From: an uncultured Acidimicrobiia bacterium
Lineage (GTDB): Bacteria > Actinomycetota > Acidimicrobiia > Spongiisociales > JAENVV01
Assembly (NCBI GenBank): GCA_963847455.1
Contig: CAWKAG010000034.1
Location: forward strand, 126,604-190,603
Direction of reading: 5' to 3'
Length of the DNA stretch: 64,000 bases
Positions within the stretch are counted from its first letter, which is position 1. Each line of letters starts with the position of its first letter. Below the pieces are notes generated by a model, which did no database searches, was not told the DNA's origin, and worked only from the letters and a program-made list of their open reading frames with translations. Of this stretch, positions 41,001-50,315 are shown one piece after another. A program made the translations under genes and the position numbers.

Positions 41001-42538
41001 TGCGACATACCGAACCGGGCGTAAGCCTGATCTCCCCGCCTCCTCACCACGACATCTACTCGATTGAGGATCTCGCCCAGTTGATCTACGACTTGAAAGC
41101 TTTCAAGTCGAACGCCCGGGTGTCGGTGAAACTCGTGTCGGAACCGGGGGTGGGAACGATTGCGGTTGGCGTTGCCAAGGCTCAGGCCGACGCCATCACC
41201 ATTTCAGGAAACGACGGTGGGACCGGCGCCTCGCCGCTCTCGTCTATCAAGCATGCCGGGTCGCCGTGGGAGATTGGCATTGCGGAAGCCCACCAGGTTC
41301 TCATCGCCAACGGACTACGGTCCCGGGTTGCGCTCGAGACCGACGGGGGTATGCGGACCGGGCGTGATGTGGTCATCGCTGCCCTGCTGGGCGCCGAGCG
41401 CTATGGCTTCGGTACGCTGCCACTGCTCGCGCTTGGCTGCAAGATGGTCCGGCAATGTCACGAGAACACCTGCCCGGTCGGTATCGCGACCCAGCGAGAA
41501 GACCTGCGCGCCAAGTTTCCTGGAGCACCTGAGCAGGTGATCGCCCTTTTCCGGATGCTCGCTGAGGAAATGCGCCAGCACCTCGCCGGGTTGGGGGCAC
41601 GCTCCGTGGAAGAGATCATCGGTCGGGCAGATCTCCTGACGGTCCGCGATCCGGATCATTCAATGGCTGCCTCGCTGACGCCGCTGCTGGTCCGGGCCGA
41701 AGGCCGACGTCGCCACCCTGGTTTCATAAAGATCGAACGGACACGACTTGACCACGCCATCCTGGACGACTGCCATCCGGCCGTAGTCAGTGGCACTCCT
41801 GTGGAGCTTTCTTATCCGATCACCAACCGGGATCGCACGATCGGTGCGTCGCTGTCTGGCTTGATCGCGGCCCATCACGGAGATGTCGGTCTCCCCGATC
41901 GGACGATCGTGATCCGGTTGGCGGGCACGGCCGGTCAAAGCCTCGGAGCTTTCCTGTCGGCAGGCGTCGAGATACGGGTTGATGGGACTGCCAACGATTT
42001 TGTTGGAAAGGGGCTCGGCGGTGGCACCGTGGTGGTGGTCCCGTCCCGCCCGGACGGCGCGCGAGCGCCCCATGCCGGAGGTAATGCCGTTCTTTACGGG
42101 GCGACGGCCGGGAAGTTGTACCTGGCCGGAACGGTCGGCCAGCGTTTCGCGGTGCGAAACTCGGGAGCTGATGCGGTAGTTGAAGGCGTTTCGGATCATG
42201 GCTGCGAATATATGACCGGGGGAACTGTGGTCGTCCTCGGCCCGGTCGGTCGCAACTTTGCGGCCGGGATGACGGGCGGAAAGGCGTTCGTTTGGGATCC
42301 GGAACTGCGGCTCAACGCACTGCTGTCCGACTCCGCGCCTTCGATGAGGCGACCGTCTGAGGTTGATGCCGAGGAGCTTGCGGACCTCGTAGCTGGTTTC
42401 CACGCTGCTACCGGCAGCCCGGTGGCGGAGTGGATTCTGAGCGACTGGGAACGGCACGTTGCCAGGTTCTGGATACTGTCGGCAGGAAACAGCCGATCCA
42501 ATCGAGTGCTGACCACGTTGGCTGTCGCCAGTTCGTGA
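38084..42538 (+). CDS. gltB: Glutamate synthase large subunit
   Basis: It has the Ntn amidotransferase Cys (HRDACGVGF), an FMN/Fe-S central domain and the GXGXG C-terminal domain. It is 1484 aa. Confidence 0.95.
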   Translation: MSSMHLVKARFDSFLSARAPFADLPLHDPHAHRDACGVGFIAARDGQSTHRMLRLAVDCLKRLDHRGARAADGTGDGAGMLTEIPFEIFRRELRLRGIEAPARDRFGVVMVFLTPGREEESRSLVEGALDYEGITVLGWRTVPVDRASLGRQAAESMPVIMQVMVQAPDGVVDQDDFERRLFLSRKYCERQAEPRRLPGFSIASASTRTVVYKGLFAAEYVADFYWDLQDPSFTTSFAIFHQRYSTNTVPAWEFAQPLRALAHNGEINTVMSNRAWMQAREVNVTSPVFGERARDLRPFLEPRQSDSGSLDNAFELLVRSGRSLPHVKEMLMPAAWENVADLDPSLRAFYEYHAFLTEPWDGPAAIAATNGTALIAGMDRNGLRPARWTLTANVFLVASEAGVCPEEEAEALRSGQLGPGQFAYFDPASDTLEFSADVLPRLAGQRPYGEWINTSTFYVQDPFDPLQDDRFDAERFGRVFDYTPEERRMILEPMAEGKTPTGSMGSDTPVAVLSESPRRLSHYFHQLFAQVTNPPMDPIREKLVMSLRTYLGKRGSLLEETSQQASLIELASPILSDAELEHIVRLDDPRFFSYWIASVFHAASGPDRLAERLAEICDEAVEAVRGGATIVVLSDREVDEEHAALPMPLVVSALHHRLITEGIRLDASIVCVSGETRTDHDLAVLLGFGASAVNPYLAIEQVRELAASDAVAVDPVVAQENYRMALRNGLLKIFSKMGICTISAYRGSELFEVIGLGDDVCALAFKNAPRRLGGISLADLGRQALAQHGRYESGADNVGGFYKYRRGGAVHVTSPSVVLQLQKAVRSGKMDSWASYVSTIEDRPPSQIRDLLTFVSRRPVPVEEVEPAERIMRRFVTAAMSLGALSREAHEALAQAMATIGGLSNSGEGGEDAARYDNSRNSVIKQIASGRFGVTPAYLASAEEFQIKMAQGSKPGEGGQLPGHKVTEEIARLRHTEPGVSLISPPPHHDIYSIEDLAQLIYDLKAFKSNARVSVKLVSEPGVGTIAVGVAKAQADAITISGNDGGTGASPLSSIKHAGSPWEIGIAEAHQVLIANGLRSRVALETDGGMRTGRDVVIAALLGAERYGFGTLPLLALGCKMVRQCHENTCPVGIATQREDLRAKFPGAPEQVIALFRMLAEEMRQHLAGLGARSVEEIIGRADLLTVRDPDHSMAASLTPLLVRAEGRRRHPGFIKIERTRLDHAILDDCHPAVVSGTPVELSYPITNRDRTIGASLSGLIAAHHGDVGLPDRTIVIRLAGTAGQSLGAFLSAGVEIRVDGTANDFVGKGLGGGTVVVVPSRPDGARAPHAGGNAVLYGATAGKLYLAGTVGQRFAVRNSGADAVVEGVSDHGCEYMTGGTVVVLGPVGRNFAAGMTGGKAFVWDPELRLNALLSDSAPSMRRPSEVDAEELADLVAGFHAATGSPVAEWILSDWERHVARFWILSAGNSRSNRVLTTLAVASS

Positions 42539-42610
42539 TCGGCCGACAGCCGCCGCCAAACCCCGACAGCCAACCCGGTGTCTCGTCGGCGAAACTCAGT
42601 ATTCCTGCTA

Positions 42611-42641
42611 TTGACAGGCCCTGGTAACCTACGGGTATAAC
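42611..42641 (+). promoter_or_regulatory. Candidate sigma-70-type promoter upstream of sufB
   Basis: TTGACA is followed 17-19 nt later by GGTATAAC. This is the AT-richest spot in the intergenic region. The call rests on sequence pattern only. Confidence 0.25.
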
Positions 42642-42648
42642 GATCGAG

Positions 42649-44070
42649 GTGAAGTTCATGGCCACAGTCGACATTGATCTTGGCGCATACAAACTAGGTT
42701 GGCACGACTCTGAGGACGATTACGTTTTCAAGCCCCAAAAAGGCCTCAACGAGGAGATCCTCCGGCAAATGTCGGAGATGAAGGGCGAACCTCAGTGGAT
42801 GCTCGACTTCCGCCTTAAGGCCTACAAGCGCTTCCTACGCAAGCCGATGCCGCAATGGGGCGGCGGTGGAGCGCTCAACGACATCGACTTCGACGATATC
42901 TACTACTACGTGAAGCCGACTGCTGGCCAGGCCAAGGACTGGGACATGGTCCCGGACGAGATCAAAGAGACATACGAAAAACTGGGTATCCCCGAGGCCG
43001 AGCGCAAGTATCTCGCCGGCGTCACCGCTCAGTATGAGTCCGAGGTTGTCTATCACCGCAATCGAGACGACCTTGAGGCACTCGGGGTTTTGTTCTGCGA
43101 CATGGACACGGCGGTGCGCGATTACCCGGAACTCGTCCAGGAGTATTTCGGCACCGTTATCCCTCCCAACGACAATAAGTTCGCCGCGCTGAACTCATCG
43201 GTGTGGTCGGGTGGCTCGTTCATTTACGTCCCACCAGGCGTGCATGTTGATCAGCCACTTCAAGCCTATTTCCGGATCAACTCTCAAAACATGGGCCAGT
43301 TCGAAAGGACGCTCATCATCGTGGACGAGGGTGCCTACGTTCATTACGTTGAAGGCTGCTCGGCCCCGGTGTGGTCGTCTGATTCGCTGCACTCGGCAGT
43401 GGTCGAGATCGTCGTCAAGAAAGGCGGCCGATGCCGCTATTCGACAATTCAGAACTGGTCGAACAACGTCTATAACCTGGTCACGAAGCGGGCCGCAGTT
43501 TATGCCAACGGCACGATGGAGTGGATCGATGGGAACCTCGGTTCCAAGTTGACCATGAAGTACCCTGCGGTTTGGATGCTTGAACCGGGTGCCCACGGTG
43601 AGGTGCTATCTATCGCGTTCGCGGGCGAAGGGCAGCATCAGGATGCCGGTGCCAAGATGGTTCATGCTGCTTCTGACACGACCTCAACGATCATCTCTAA
43701 GTCCATCTCGAAGGGCGGCGGCCGGGCCGGATACCGGGGATTGGTCCGGGTCGAACCTGGCGCCAAGAACGTAAAATCGTTCGTGCGGTGCGATGCCCTC
43801 ATTCTCGATGATGCTTCGCGCTCGGATACGTACCCGTCGATGGAAATCGAGGAGAATGACGCTGAGATCGGTCACGAGGCTTCGGTTTCGAAGGTCGGCG
43901 AGGAGCAGTTGTTTTATCTGATGTCGCGGGGGCTCACCGAAGAGCAGGCGACGTCGATGGTGGTAGCCGGTTTCATCGAGCCGATCATCAAGGAACTCCC
44001 GATGGAATATGCGGTCGAGATGAATCGTCTCATCGAGCTGAACATGATGGAAGCCGGCGCCGTCGGTTAG
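42649..44070 (+). CDS. sufB: Fe-S cluster assembly protein SufB; the start is probably the ATG at 42658, preceded by GAGGTG
   Basis: SufB family motifs are present throughout. It is 470 aa. Confidence 0.95.
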   Translation: MKFMATVDIDLGAYKLGWHDSEDDYVFKPQKGLNEEILRQMSEMKGEPQWMLDFRLKAYKRFLRKPMPQWGGGGALNDIDFDDIYYYVKPTAGQAKDWDMVPDEIKETYEKLGIPEAERKYLAGVTAQYESEVVYHRNRDDLEALGVLFCDMDTAVRDYPELVQEYFGTVIPPNDNKFAALNSSVWSGGSFIYVPPGVHVDQPLQAYFRINSQNMGQFERTLIIVDEGAYVHYVEGCSAPVWSSDSLHSAVVEIVVKKGGRCRYSTIQNWSNNVYNLVTKRAAVYANGTMEWIDGNLGSKLTMKYPAVWMLEPGAHGEVLSIAFAGEGQHQDAGAKMVHAASDTTSTIISKSISKGGGRAGYRGLVRVEPGAKNVKSFVRCDALILDDASRSDTYPSMEIEENDAEIGHEASVSKVGEEQLFYLMSRGLTEEQATSMVVAGFIEPIIKELPMEYAVEMNRLIELNMMEAGAVG

Positions 44071-44125
44071 TCATGTTGGGGGCGCCGCCCTTTGGCAGCC
44101 GGATGGGGTCTAAACCGGGTATCGG

Positions 44126-44398
44126 TTAGCCGCTGGAGCGCGTGATGACGTACGCCGCGAACAACCCGCCACCGGCCGCCCAAAGCAAGGGAAACCCTCC
44201 GACTTGGAAGGCATCTGGCGCGCCAAGCCAGGCTGCAATGATGGAGATGATCGTGCCAAACACGGAGCCGATGATGACTGAGGTGGCGGCCGAAGCGTTC
44301 CGGCCGGCGAGAATCCCACCCATCAGGCCGCCTGCAGCTCCAAGGATGAAGACATAGATGAACGATGGGTCGTTGAAAAACTCAGCTACGAGATCCAT
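44126..44398 (-). CDS. GlsB/YeaQ/YmgE family small membrane protein
   Basis: It is 90 aa with Gly-zipper TM helices typical of the family. Confidence 0.65.
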   Translation of the reverse strand: MDLVAEFFNDPSFIYVFILGAAGGLMGGILAGRNASAATSVIIGSVFGTIISIIAAWLGAPDAFQVGGFPLLWAAGGGLFAAYVITRSSG

Positions 44399-45331
44399 TT
44401 AGAGCAATGACTCCAGATCGACGAGAGATGACGGGTGTCGTAGCTTAGCGAGCGCCCGCCCTTCGATCTGTCGAACCCGTTCTCGCGTGAGGTTGAATAC
44501 CTTCCCGACGTCGCTGAGGGTGCGCGACTCTCCACCGTCGAGTCCGAATCGCAGGTACAGGATCTTCTGCTCAACCGGTTCGAGTACATCGAGCGCCTCG
44601 ATGAGATGACGCCGTCGCATGACCTCGGCAGCGTGGCTGAAAGGATCGGGCATCCGGTCGTCTTCGATGAAGTCTTGGAGAGCGGCATCGCCTTCATCTC
44701 CGACCGGTCTGTCCAGCGAGACCGTATCCGAGGGGGCGGCGAGGGCTGCGTTGACCCGTTCGAGGTCGAGGCCAGACGACTCGGCAATCTCCGCCCGGGT
44801 TGGTGGCCGACGAAGCTCTTCGGTCAACAACTGCTCGGTCTCTTGAACCGTCCTGACGACATCGACCATATGAACCGGGAGTCGAATGGTTCTGGCCTGG
44901 TTCCCCAGCCCGCGCGTGATGGCTTGTCGGATCCACCAGGTGGCGTAGGTCGAGAACTTGAATCCCTTGCGCCAGTCAAACTTCTCCACGGCCCGGATCA
45001 GGCCGAGGTTGCCCTCCTGGATCAGGTCGAGGAGGTCCAGGCCCCGTCCTGCGTACCGCTTGGCGATGGAGATCACCAAACGAAGGTTTGAGCGGATGAA
45101 GACCATTTTGGCTTCTTCGCCATTGTGGACGAGGCGGTACAACTTGGCTCGGTCCGCGGGAGCGAACTTCTCGCCTGTGTCGAGCTTGGCCTGGGCTTTA
45201 CGGCCAGCTTCCATAGCCCTGGCCAGGGCGACTTCGTCTTCGGCCGTCAACAGTTGGTGACCGGAGACGCGCTCCAGGTACATTCCGACGGTGTCAGACA
45301 CCGAAATCGAGTCTCGGTTCCGTGATGCCAA
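44399..45331 (-). CDS. RNA polymerase sigma-70 family factor (group 1/2-like, regions 1.2-4)
   Basis: Region 2 has DLIQEGNLGLIRAVEKFD. Region 4 has LRFGLDGGESRTLSDVGKVFNLTRERVRQIE. Confidence 0.9.
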   Translation of the reverse strand: MASRNRDSISVSDTVGMYLERVSGHQLLTAEDEVALARAMEAGRKAQAKLDTGEKFAPADRAKLYRLVHNGEEAKMVFIRSNLRLVISIAKRYAGRGLDLLDLIQEGNLGLIRAVEKFDWRKGFKFSTYATWWIRQAITRGLGNQARTIRLPVHMVDVVRTVQETEQLLTEELRRPPTRAEIAESSGLDLERVNAALAAPSDTVSLDRPVGDEGDAALQDFIEDDRMPDPFSHAAEVMRRRHLIEALDVLEPVEQKILYLRFGLDGGESRTLSDVGKVFNLTRERVRQIEGRALAKLRHPSSLVDLESLL

Positions 45332-45426
45332 CCTATATCCCCTTATTTTCCTACCCGCCTGATCACGCTATCAGGGCCGACGGGCGAGCGCAATGGAATT
45401 TCGACCCTTTCGGTAGTGTGCATCTG

Positions 45427-46098
45427 ATGAATTGCGGGAATTTGTCGGACTGCCGTCGGTGTGAGCGCCTGGTTGAGTGGCGCGAAACGGTGCCTAAACG
45501 AGCGGCTTTTCGCGATGAGGCGTACTGGCGGAAACCGGTCGGAGGGATGGGAGATCCCCGCTCGGCGCTGCATGTAGTCGGGTTGGCGCCGGCCGCCCAT
45601 GGCGCCAACCGTACCGGCCGGATGTTTACGGGGGATCGTTCGGGCGATTGGCTGCTCAGAGCGATGTATACGACGGGGTTTTGCACCCAGGCGACGTCGA
45701 AAGAGATCGGTGACGGCCTGGAAATGATCGACGCCTACGTGACATCGATCGTTAAATGTGCGCCGCCCCAAAATCGACCGACCGGTGAGGAACGAGCCAA
45801 CTGTCGAGGCTGGCTTGACGAAGAGCTGTCTTTTCGGCCGCCCGTCATCGTGACGCTGGGCGGCATGGCATTCGCAGAAACGCTCCGGGCTCTCGGCGAC
45901 GGCGGGGAAACGATCCCGGTGCCTCGTCCGTCGTTCGGCCATGGCGAGACGCTGTCGTTGGAGCGAACGACGGTCCTGGCTTGCTACCACCCGTCGCAAC
46001 TGAACACATCTACCGGACGGCTGACGGAGCCGATGTTGCTGGGGGTGTTCTCGCAGGCGCGCCGCCTGGTGGACGACCTCGAATATCGGGGGCGATAG
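45427..46098 (+). CDS. Uracil-DNA glycosylase superfamily protein (family 4/5-like)
   Basis: It has C-x2-C (CRRCERL), and GLAPAAHGANRTGRMFTGD matches the UDG motif A region. The start was chosen to avoid overlap with the divergent sigma factor gene. Confidence 0.65.
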   Translation: MNCGNLSDCRRCERLVEWRETVPKRAAFRDEAYWRKPVGGMGDPRSALHVVGLAPAAHGANRTGRMFTGDRSGDWLLRAMYTTGFCTQATSKEIGDGLEMIDAYVTSIVKCAPPQNRPTGEERANCRGWLDEELSFRPPVIVTLGGMAFAETLRALGDGGETIPVPRPSFGHGETLSLERTTVLACYHPSQLNTSTGRLTEPMLLGVFSQARRLVDDLEYRGR

Positions 46099-46132
46099 CT
46101 GCCTCCGGCGACACGAGGCGGTTTCGCAGAGC

Positions 46133-47437
46133 ATGGGCAGGTGCCCTACGATATGGCTTTCCGATACGACCTCCAGGAGTTCTGTGCTCGACCGATCTAT
46201 TGCCGAACAGCGCCTCACGCGCGAGCCGCCCGTTTTGGCGGAGAGGCGCCGCAGGGGCCTCGCCGTGTTTGAAGACGCCGTCATGCCGACCGCGGCAGAC
46301 GAGCATTGGAAGTACGTCGACCTCGACTTCACGATGGAAACCCAGAGCCTTCCCGCGCAGATGGGAGTAACGATGGCGCCTCCGACCGGGGTCAGTCGGG
46401 TTTCGGCGAGCGTGGTGGACGGATTTGTGGCCATCGAGCAAGAACTTCCCGATGGCGTAGTGATCGCCAGCTTCGAGGAGATAGCCGAGCGGGACCCAGA
46501 ACTGTTCAGTTCGGTGGTCGCCAGTCGATCCGACGACATATTTCTGGCCGGCAACGCCGCCTTCGCCGGGGATGGCCTGTTCGTCCACGTTCCCCGCAGC
46601 ACGGCCGTGGCGGCACCGATTGTGATTGACATCCAGTCGGTCAGCGCCGGCACGATCTCATTTCCCCATATCGCCATCTCCCTCGGCGAAAACTCGGAGG
46701 CATCGGTCGTTCTGATCTTTCGGTCATCGGAAGAAGAACTGGTCGTCGCCCCCGTCGTCGAATCGACGCTCGGCAACGCCGCTCGACTCTCGATGACGTC
46801 GGTACAAACGTGGGGTCGCAAGACGAGAGGGCTTGGATATCAGCGGGTCCGTTTGGGTCGGGACAGCGCCATGAAGATGGGGGAAGTGGGCCTCGGTGGT
46901 GCGTTGGGTCGGCTCGACCTCTCGGTGGATCTCGATGGTGATGGCAGTTCCTACATCCTGAACGGTCTTTCGTTCGGTGATGGGGATCAGGTCCTCGATT
47001 ATCGAATGGTGCTCAATCATCGCGGTCGTAACACTTCGTCGGATGTGCTCTTGAAGGGGGCGGTAGAGGACCAAGCCGAGTCGATCTTCACTGGCTTGCT
47101 TCGAATCGAGGAGCACGCCACCAACACCTCCGCGTTCGAGAACAACCGGAACCTCGTATTGTCGGCGGGAGCCAAGGCGCAGTCCGTGCCCAACCTGGAA
47201 ATCCTCTGCGACGACGTCGTTTGTGGCCACGGTTCGACAGTCGGGCCCCTCGAAGAGGAGCATCTCTATTACCTGGCGAGTCGCGGCATCGGGCGAGAAC
47301 GTGCTGAGCGAGTCCTCGTGAAGGGCTTCTTCGATGAGGTTATCGACAAACTCCCATCGCAAGCTGTCGCCGCTCCGGTGCGGAACGAGGTTGAGCGCAA
47401 ATTCGTTGCTGCTCAGGCCGCCGGGAGGCTGGGATGA
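46133..47437 (+). CDS. sufD: Fe-S cluster assembly protein SufD
   Basis: The C-terminal beta-helix region has NLEILCDDVVCGHGSTVGPLEEEHLYYLASRGI. Confidence 0.9.
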   Translation: MGRCPTIWLSDTTSRSSVLDRSIAEQRLTREPPVLAERRRRGLAVFEDAVMPTAADEHWKYVDLDFTMETQSLPAQMGVTMAPPTGVSRVSASVVDGFVAIEQELPDGVVIASFEEIAERDPELFSSVVASRSDDIFLAGNAAFAGDGLFVHVPRSTAVAAPIVIDIQSVSAGTISFPHIAISLGENSEASVVLIFRSSEEELVVAPVVESTLGNAARLSMTSVQTWGRKTRGLGYQRVRLGRDSAMKMGEVGLGGALGRLDLSVDLDGDGSSYILNGLSFGDGDQVLDYRMVLNHRGRNTSSDVLLKGAVEDQAESIFTGLLRIEEHATNTSAFENNRNLVLSAGAKAQSVPNLEILCDDVVCGHGSTVGPLEEEHLYYLASRGIGRERAERVLVKGFFDEVIDKLPSQAVAAPVRNEVERKFVAAQAAGRLG

Positions 47438-47754
47438 ACGAATGGTGTGTGTTGGGTCCGTTGGCGGATCTGAAACAAGATGCAGGTAAACGCTACGACA
47501 TCGGCGAGGAGCGGGTCGCCGTCTTCCTCATCGGGGACGACGTTTATGCGATCGGCGACCGATGCTCGCATGCGGAGGCATCGCTCGCCGAGGGAGAACT
47601 GTTCGACACCGAGGTGGAATGTCCGCGCCACGGATCATCCTTTGACATCACAACCGGAATTCCGCATTCCCTCCCGGCAACCATGCCCGTACCGACCTAT
47701 GAGGTGCGCGTCACCGATGGCGTTATGGAAGCTCGAATGAAGGACCCAGAATGA
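47434..47754 (+). CDS. Rieske [2Fe-2S] ferredoxin-like protein
   Basis: It has the motifs CSHAEASL and CPRHGSSF. It is coupled to both sufD and sufC by overlapping stop/start codons. Confidence 0.85.
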   Translation: MNEWCVLGPLADLKQDAGKRYDIGEERVAVFLIGDDVYAIGDRCSHAEASLAEGELFDTEVECPRHGSSFDITTGIPHSLPATMPVPTYEVRVTDGVMEARMKDPE

Positions 47755-48482
47755 CCCTGGCCCTCGACATAACCGACTTGCGCGCCTCGGTAGGAGATAT
47801 CGAGATTCTCAAAGGGCTGTCCCTGCAAGTTCCGTTCGGTGAGATTCACGCCATCATGGGTCCTAACGGCTCCGGTAAGTCCACGTTGTGCCATGTTCTC
47901 GCCGGCAAGGCCGCTTATACCGTCACGGGCGGCGCCCGACTCGACGGGGAGGACCTCCTCGGAGAACCGACGGATGTACGCGCCCGGATGGGACTCATGC
48001 AGGGATTTCAGTATCCGGTTGAAATCCGAGGCGTCAAGTTGATCGACTTCCTCAGAGAAGCGGCCGACGAGGCCGGCATCGACCCCGATGAAGTCGCCCG
48101 GCGCATCGCGGCATCAGGAGAACAGTTCGACATGACCCGGTTCTTGACTCGGTCGGTCAACCAGGACTTGTCGGGGGGCGAGAAGAAGCGGTCCGAGATC
48201 TTCCAGATGGCAGTGCTAAAGCCGAAGGTCGTGATCCTCGACGAGATTGATTCCGGTCTGGACATCGACGCGGTTCGAGAGGTTGCGGAGGCCGTAGAAG
48301 TGATGCGGAGTCCGGAGGTCGGAATCGTCCTCATTACCCATTACAGTCGGATCTTGCGGTACCTTTCCGCTGATCGGATCCACGTCATGATGGACGGACA
48401 TATCATCGAGAGTGGGGGACCGGAGTTGGCCACGCAACTCGAAGCTGGCGGCTACGAGGCCTTCCGCGCCCGACTCACCTAG
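47751..48482 (+). CDS. sufC: Fe-S cluster assembly ATPase SufC (copy 1)
   Basis: It has GPNGSGKST, LSGGEKKRSEIFQMA and ILDEIDSGLDID. Confidence 0.9.
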   Translation: MTLALDITDLRASVGDIEILKGLSLQVPFGEIHAIMGPNGSGKSTLCHVLAGKAAYTVTGGARLDGEDLLGEPTDVRARMGLMQGFQYPVEIRGVKLIDFLREAADEAGIDPDEVARRIAASGEQFDMTRFLTRSVNQDLSGGEKKRSEIFQMAVLKPKVVILDEIDSGLDIDAVREVAEAVEVMRSPEVGIVLITHYSRILRYLSADRIHVMMDGHIIESGGPELATQLEAGGYEAFRARLT

Positions 48483-48486
48483 CGCC

Positions 48487-49215
48487 ATGGTAGATCTGGC
48501 CGTCCGCACTTACGGAGACAACGGTCGGAAGCTCTTGTTACTCCACGGGCTCGGTTCAAATGCTCAGGGCTGGTGGCGGGTGGGGCCGGCGTTGGCCGAG
48601 GCAGGTTTTCACGTCGTCGCCCCTGACCTTCGTGGGCACGGCGGGAGCGAGCATCCCGAAGACTTCTCGCTGACAGCCTACGCGGACGATGTGCGCGGTC
48701 TTGACTCTGACTGGGACGTTGTCGTCGGTCACTCGATCGGCGGATCGATCGCCCTCACACTCTTTGAGCGAGATCCACATTTCGCAGAGCGGCTCGTCCT
48801 TCTCGATCCGGCGCTAATTTTGCCTTCGGCAGAGGTTGCGATCGACGCGATGATGGCTCCGTATGACGCGCCACTGACCGCAGGCCGGGTAAGTGCCGAT
48901 AATCCGACCTGGCATCCTGAGGACGCCCGGATTAAGGCACAAGCTTTGAAAGAGTCGTCTGCTTCGGTGACGTCGCTAACGATCCGCCATAATCCAGACT
49001 GGAATCTCGTTGGCGAAGCGTCCCGGCTAACGGTCCCGACGCTATTGGTCGGCGCCGATCCTGCCCTGGTCGCACTGGTGCCGCCCGATCTCGGCTCGGG
49101 GTTAGCCGAACTCAACCCACACATCCGGTTTGTGTCCATTCCCGGCAGCAGCCATTCGATTCATCGCGACGAGTTTCTCCCACTCATGGCCGCTATCCTG
49201 GAGTTCCTGACGTGA
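48487..49215 (+). CDS. Alpha/beta hydrolase
   Basis: It has LLLLHGLGSN and the nucleophile elbow GHSIGG. Confidence 0.75.
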   Translation: MVDLAVRTYGDNGRKLLLLHGLGSNAQGWWRVGPALAEAGFHVVAPDLRGHGGSEHPEDFSLTAYADDVRGLDSDWDVVVGHSIGGSIALTLFERDPHFAERLVLLDPALILPSAEVAIDAMMAPYDAPLTAGRVSADNPTWHPEDARIKAQALKESSASVTSLTIRHNPDWNLVGEASRLTVPTLLVGADPALVALVPPDLGSGLAELNPHIRFVSIPGSSHSIHRDEFLPLMAAILEFLT

Positions 49216-50315
49216 TCGGCTGGCTCGAGCAACTGACCGCCCTCCCATCGGTGGCCGGAAACGAGGAGGCCGTGATCACCTGGGTTCGCCGGTGGGTGGC
49301 TAGGCGTGACGATCTGCGCTTGGTATCTGACCCGGGTGGCAACCTGGTCATCACGCAGAAACGTCGGTCGCGTCGCCCTCCAGTGTGGATCACCGCTCAT
49401 ATGGATCATCCTGGCTTCGTCCTCAAAGACGATCTGGGCCGCGGACGGTTTGCCTATGAGTTCCGTGGGGGCGTGATGGATGCCTACTTTGTCGGCAGTC
49501 GTGTGCATCTGTTCGGCAAAGACGGACGGCGGGCCGGGAGGGTCGAATCACTGGAACGATCGGGACGATATCGGCATGGGGTACTGCATCTGGCTCGATC
49601 AGGTGCGGCGGTGCAGCCAGGTGACATCGGTCGCTGGGGCTTTCCGGAAGCGCAACTCGGGATCCGTTCAGGTCGGCTTCACGCACCGGCCTGCGACGAT
49701 CTGGCCGGTGTGGCCGCCGCCCTGACTGCGTTGGACCGGCTCCGCAACGTCGAAGGGGCCGGGCATGCGGGCGTGCTACTCACGAGGGCTGAAGAGGTCG
49801 GGTTTATCGGCGCGATCGCCGCAGCAACCGACGGCACCATTGCCCCTGAGACCCGGCTCATCTGTGTGGAAATGTCACGCAGCTTCGCGGAATCACCGAT
49901 TGGTGGGGGTCCGATCGTACGAGTGGGGGACGCCAGCTCGGTGTTTAGTCCGTGGTTGACCGGGGTAATGGAGCAGGCTGGTCGAGATCTCGCGAACCGC
50001 TCCAGCACCTTCAAGTTTCAGCGCAAACTCATGGCAGGGGGATCCTGTGAGGCGACTGCCTTCTCCGCTTACGGGTACGAGTCGACCTGTTTGTGTCTTG
50101 CCCTCGGCAACTATCACAACATGGGTGACCTCTCCGGCGTCGAAGCTGGGACGAGTCCGGCCAAAGTTGCTCCCGAAGTCATTTCCATTGACGACTATCG
50201 CGGACTTGTCAAGCTCCTGGTGCGGTCAGTCGGGCTCGTAGAACCGGGTAAGAATGTCTTGCGTTCCGATCTTCAGGCACACTATCTGAGCCTTAGGGAG
50301 ATACTCAGTCCCTGA
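49212..50315 (+). CDS. M42/M20-like metallopeptidase (FrvX/deblocking aminopeptidase family)
   Basis: It has ITAHMDHPGF and ACDDLAGVAAALTALDRL. Confidence 0.55.
   Translation: MIGWLEQLTALPSVAGNEEAVITWVRRWVARRDDLRLVSDPGGNLVITQKRRSRRPPVWITAHMDHPGFVLKDDLGRGRFAYEFRGGVMDAYFVGSRVHLFGKDGRRAGRVESLERSGRYRHGVLHLARSGAAVQPGDIGRWGFPEAQLGIRSGRLHAPACDDLAGVAAALTALDRLRNVEGAGHAGVLLTRAEEVGFIGAIAAATDGTIAPETRLICVEMSRSFAESPIGGGPIVRVGDASSVFSPWLTGVMEQAGRDLANRSSTFKFQRKLMAGGSCEATAFSAYGYESTCLCLALGNYHNMGDLSGVEAGTSPAKVAPEVISIDDYRGLVKLLVRSVGLVEPGKNVLRSDLQAHYLSLREILSP

Noticed and set aside
41660-42559. 299-aa minus-strand ORF, and several other 80-180-aa ORFs on both strands inside gltB
   Set aside because: They lie antisense or overlapping within a clearly conserved 1484-aa gene. 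High-GC DNA keeps antisense frames open, and their amino-acid composition is Arg/Pro/Gly-skewed.
45343-46821. 492-aa minus-strand ORF
   Set aside because: It runs antisense across the UDG-like gene and the 5' half of sufD. It is an Arg/Ser/Pro-rich translation with no motifs, so I judged it spurious.
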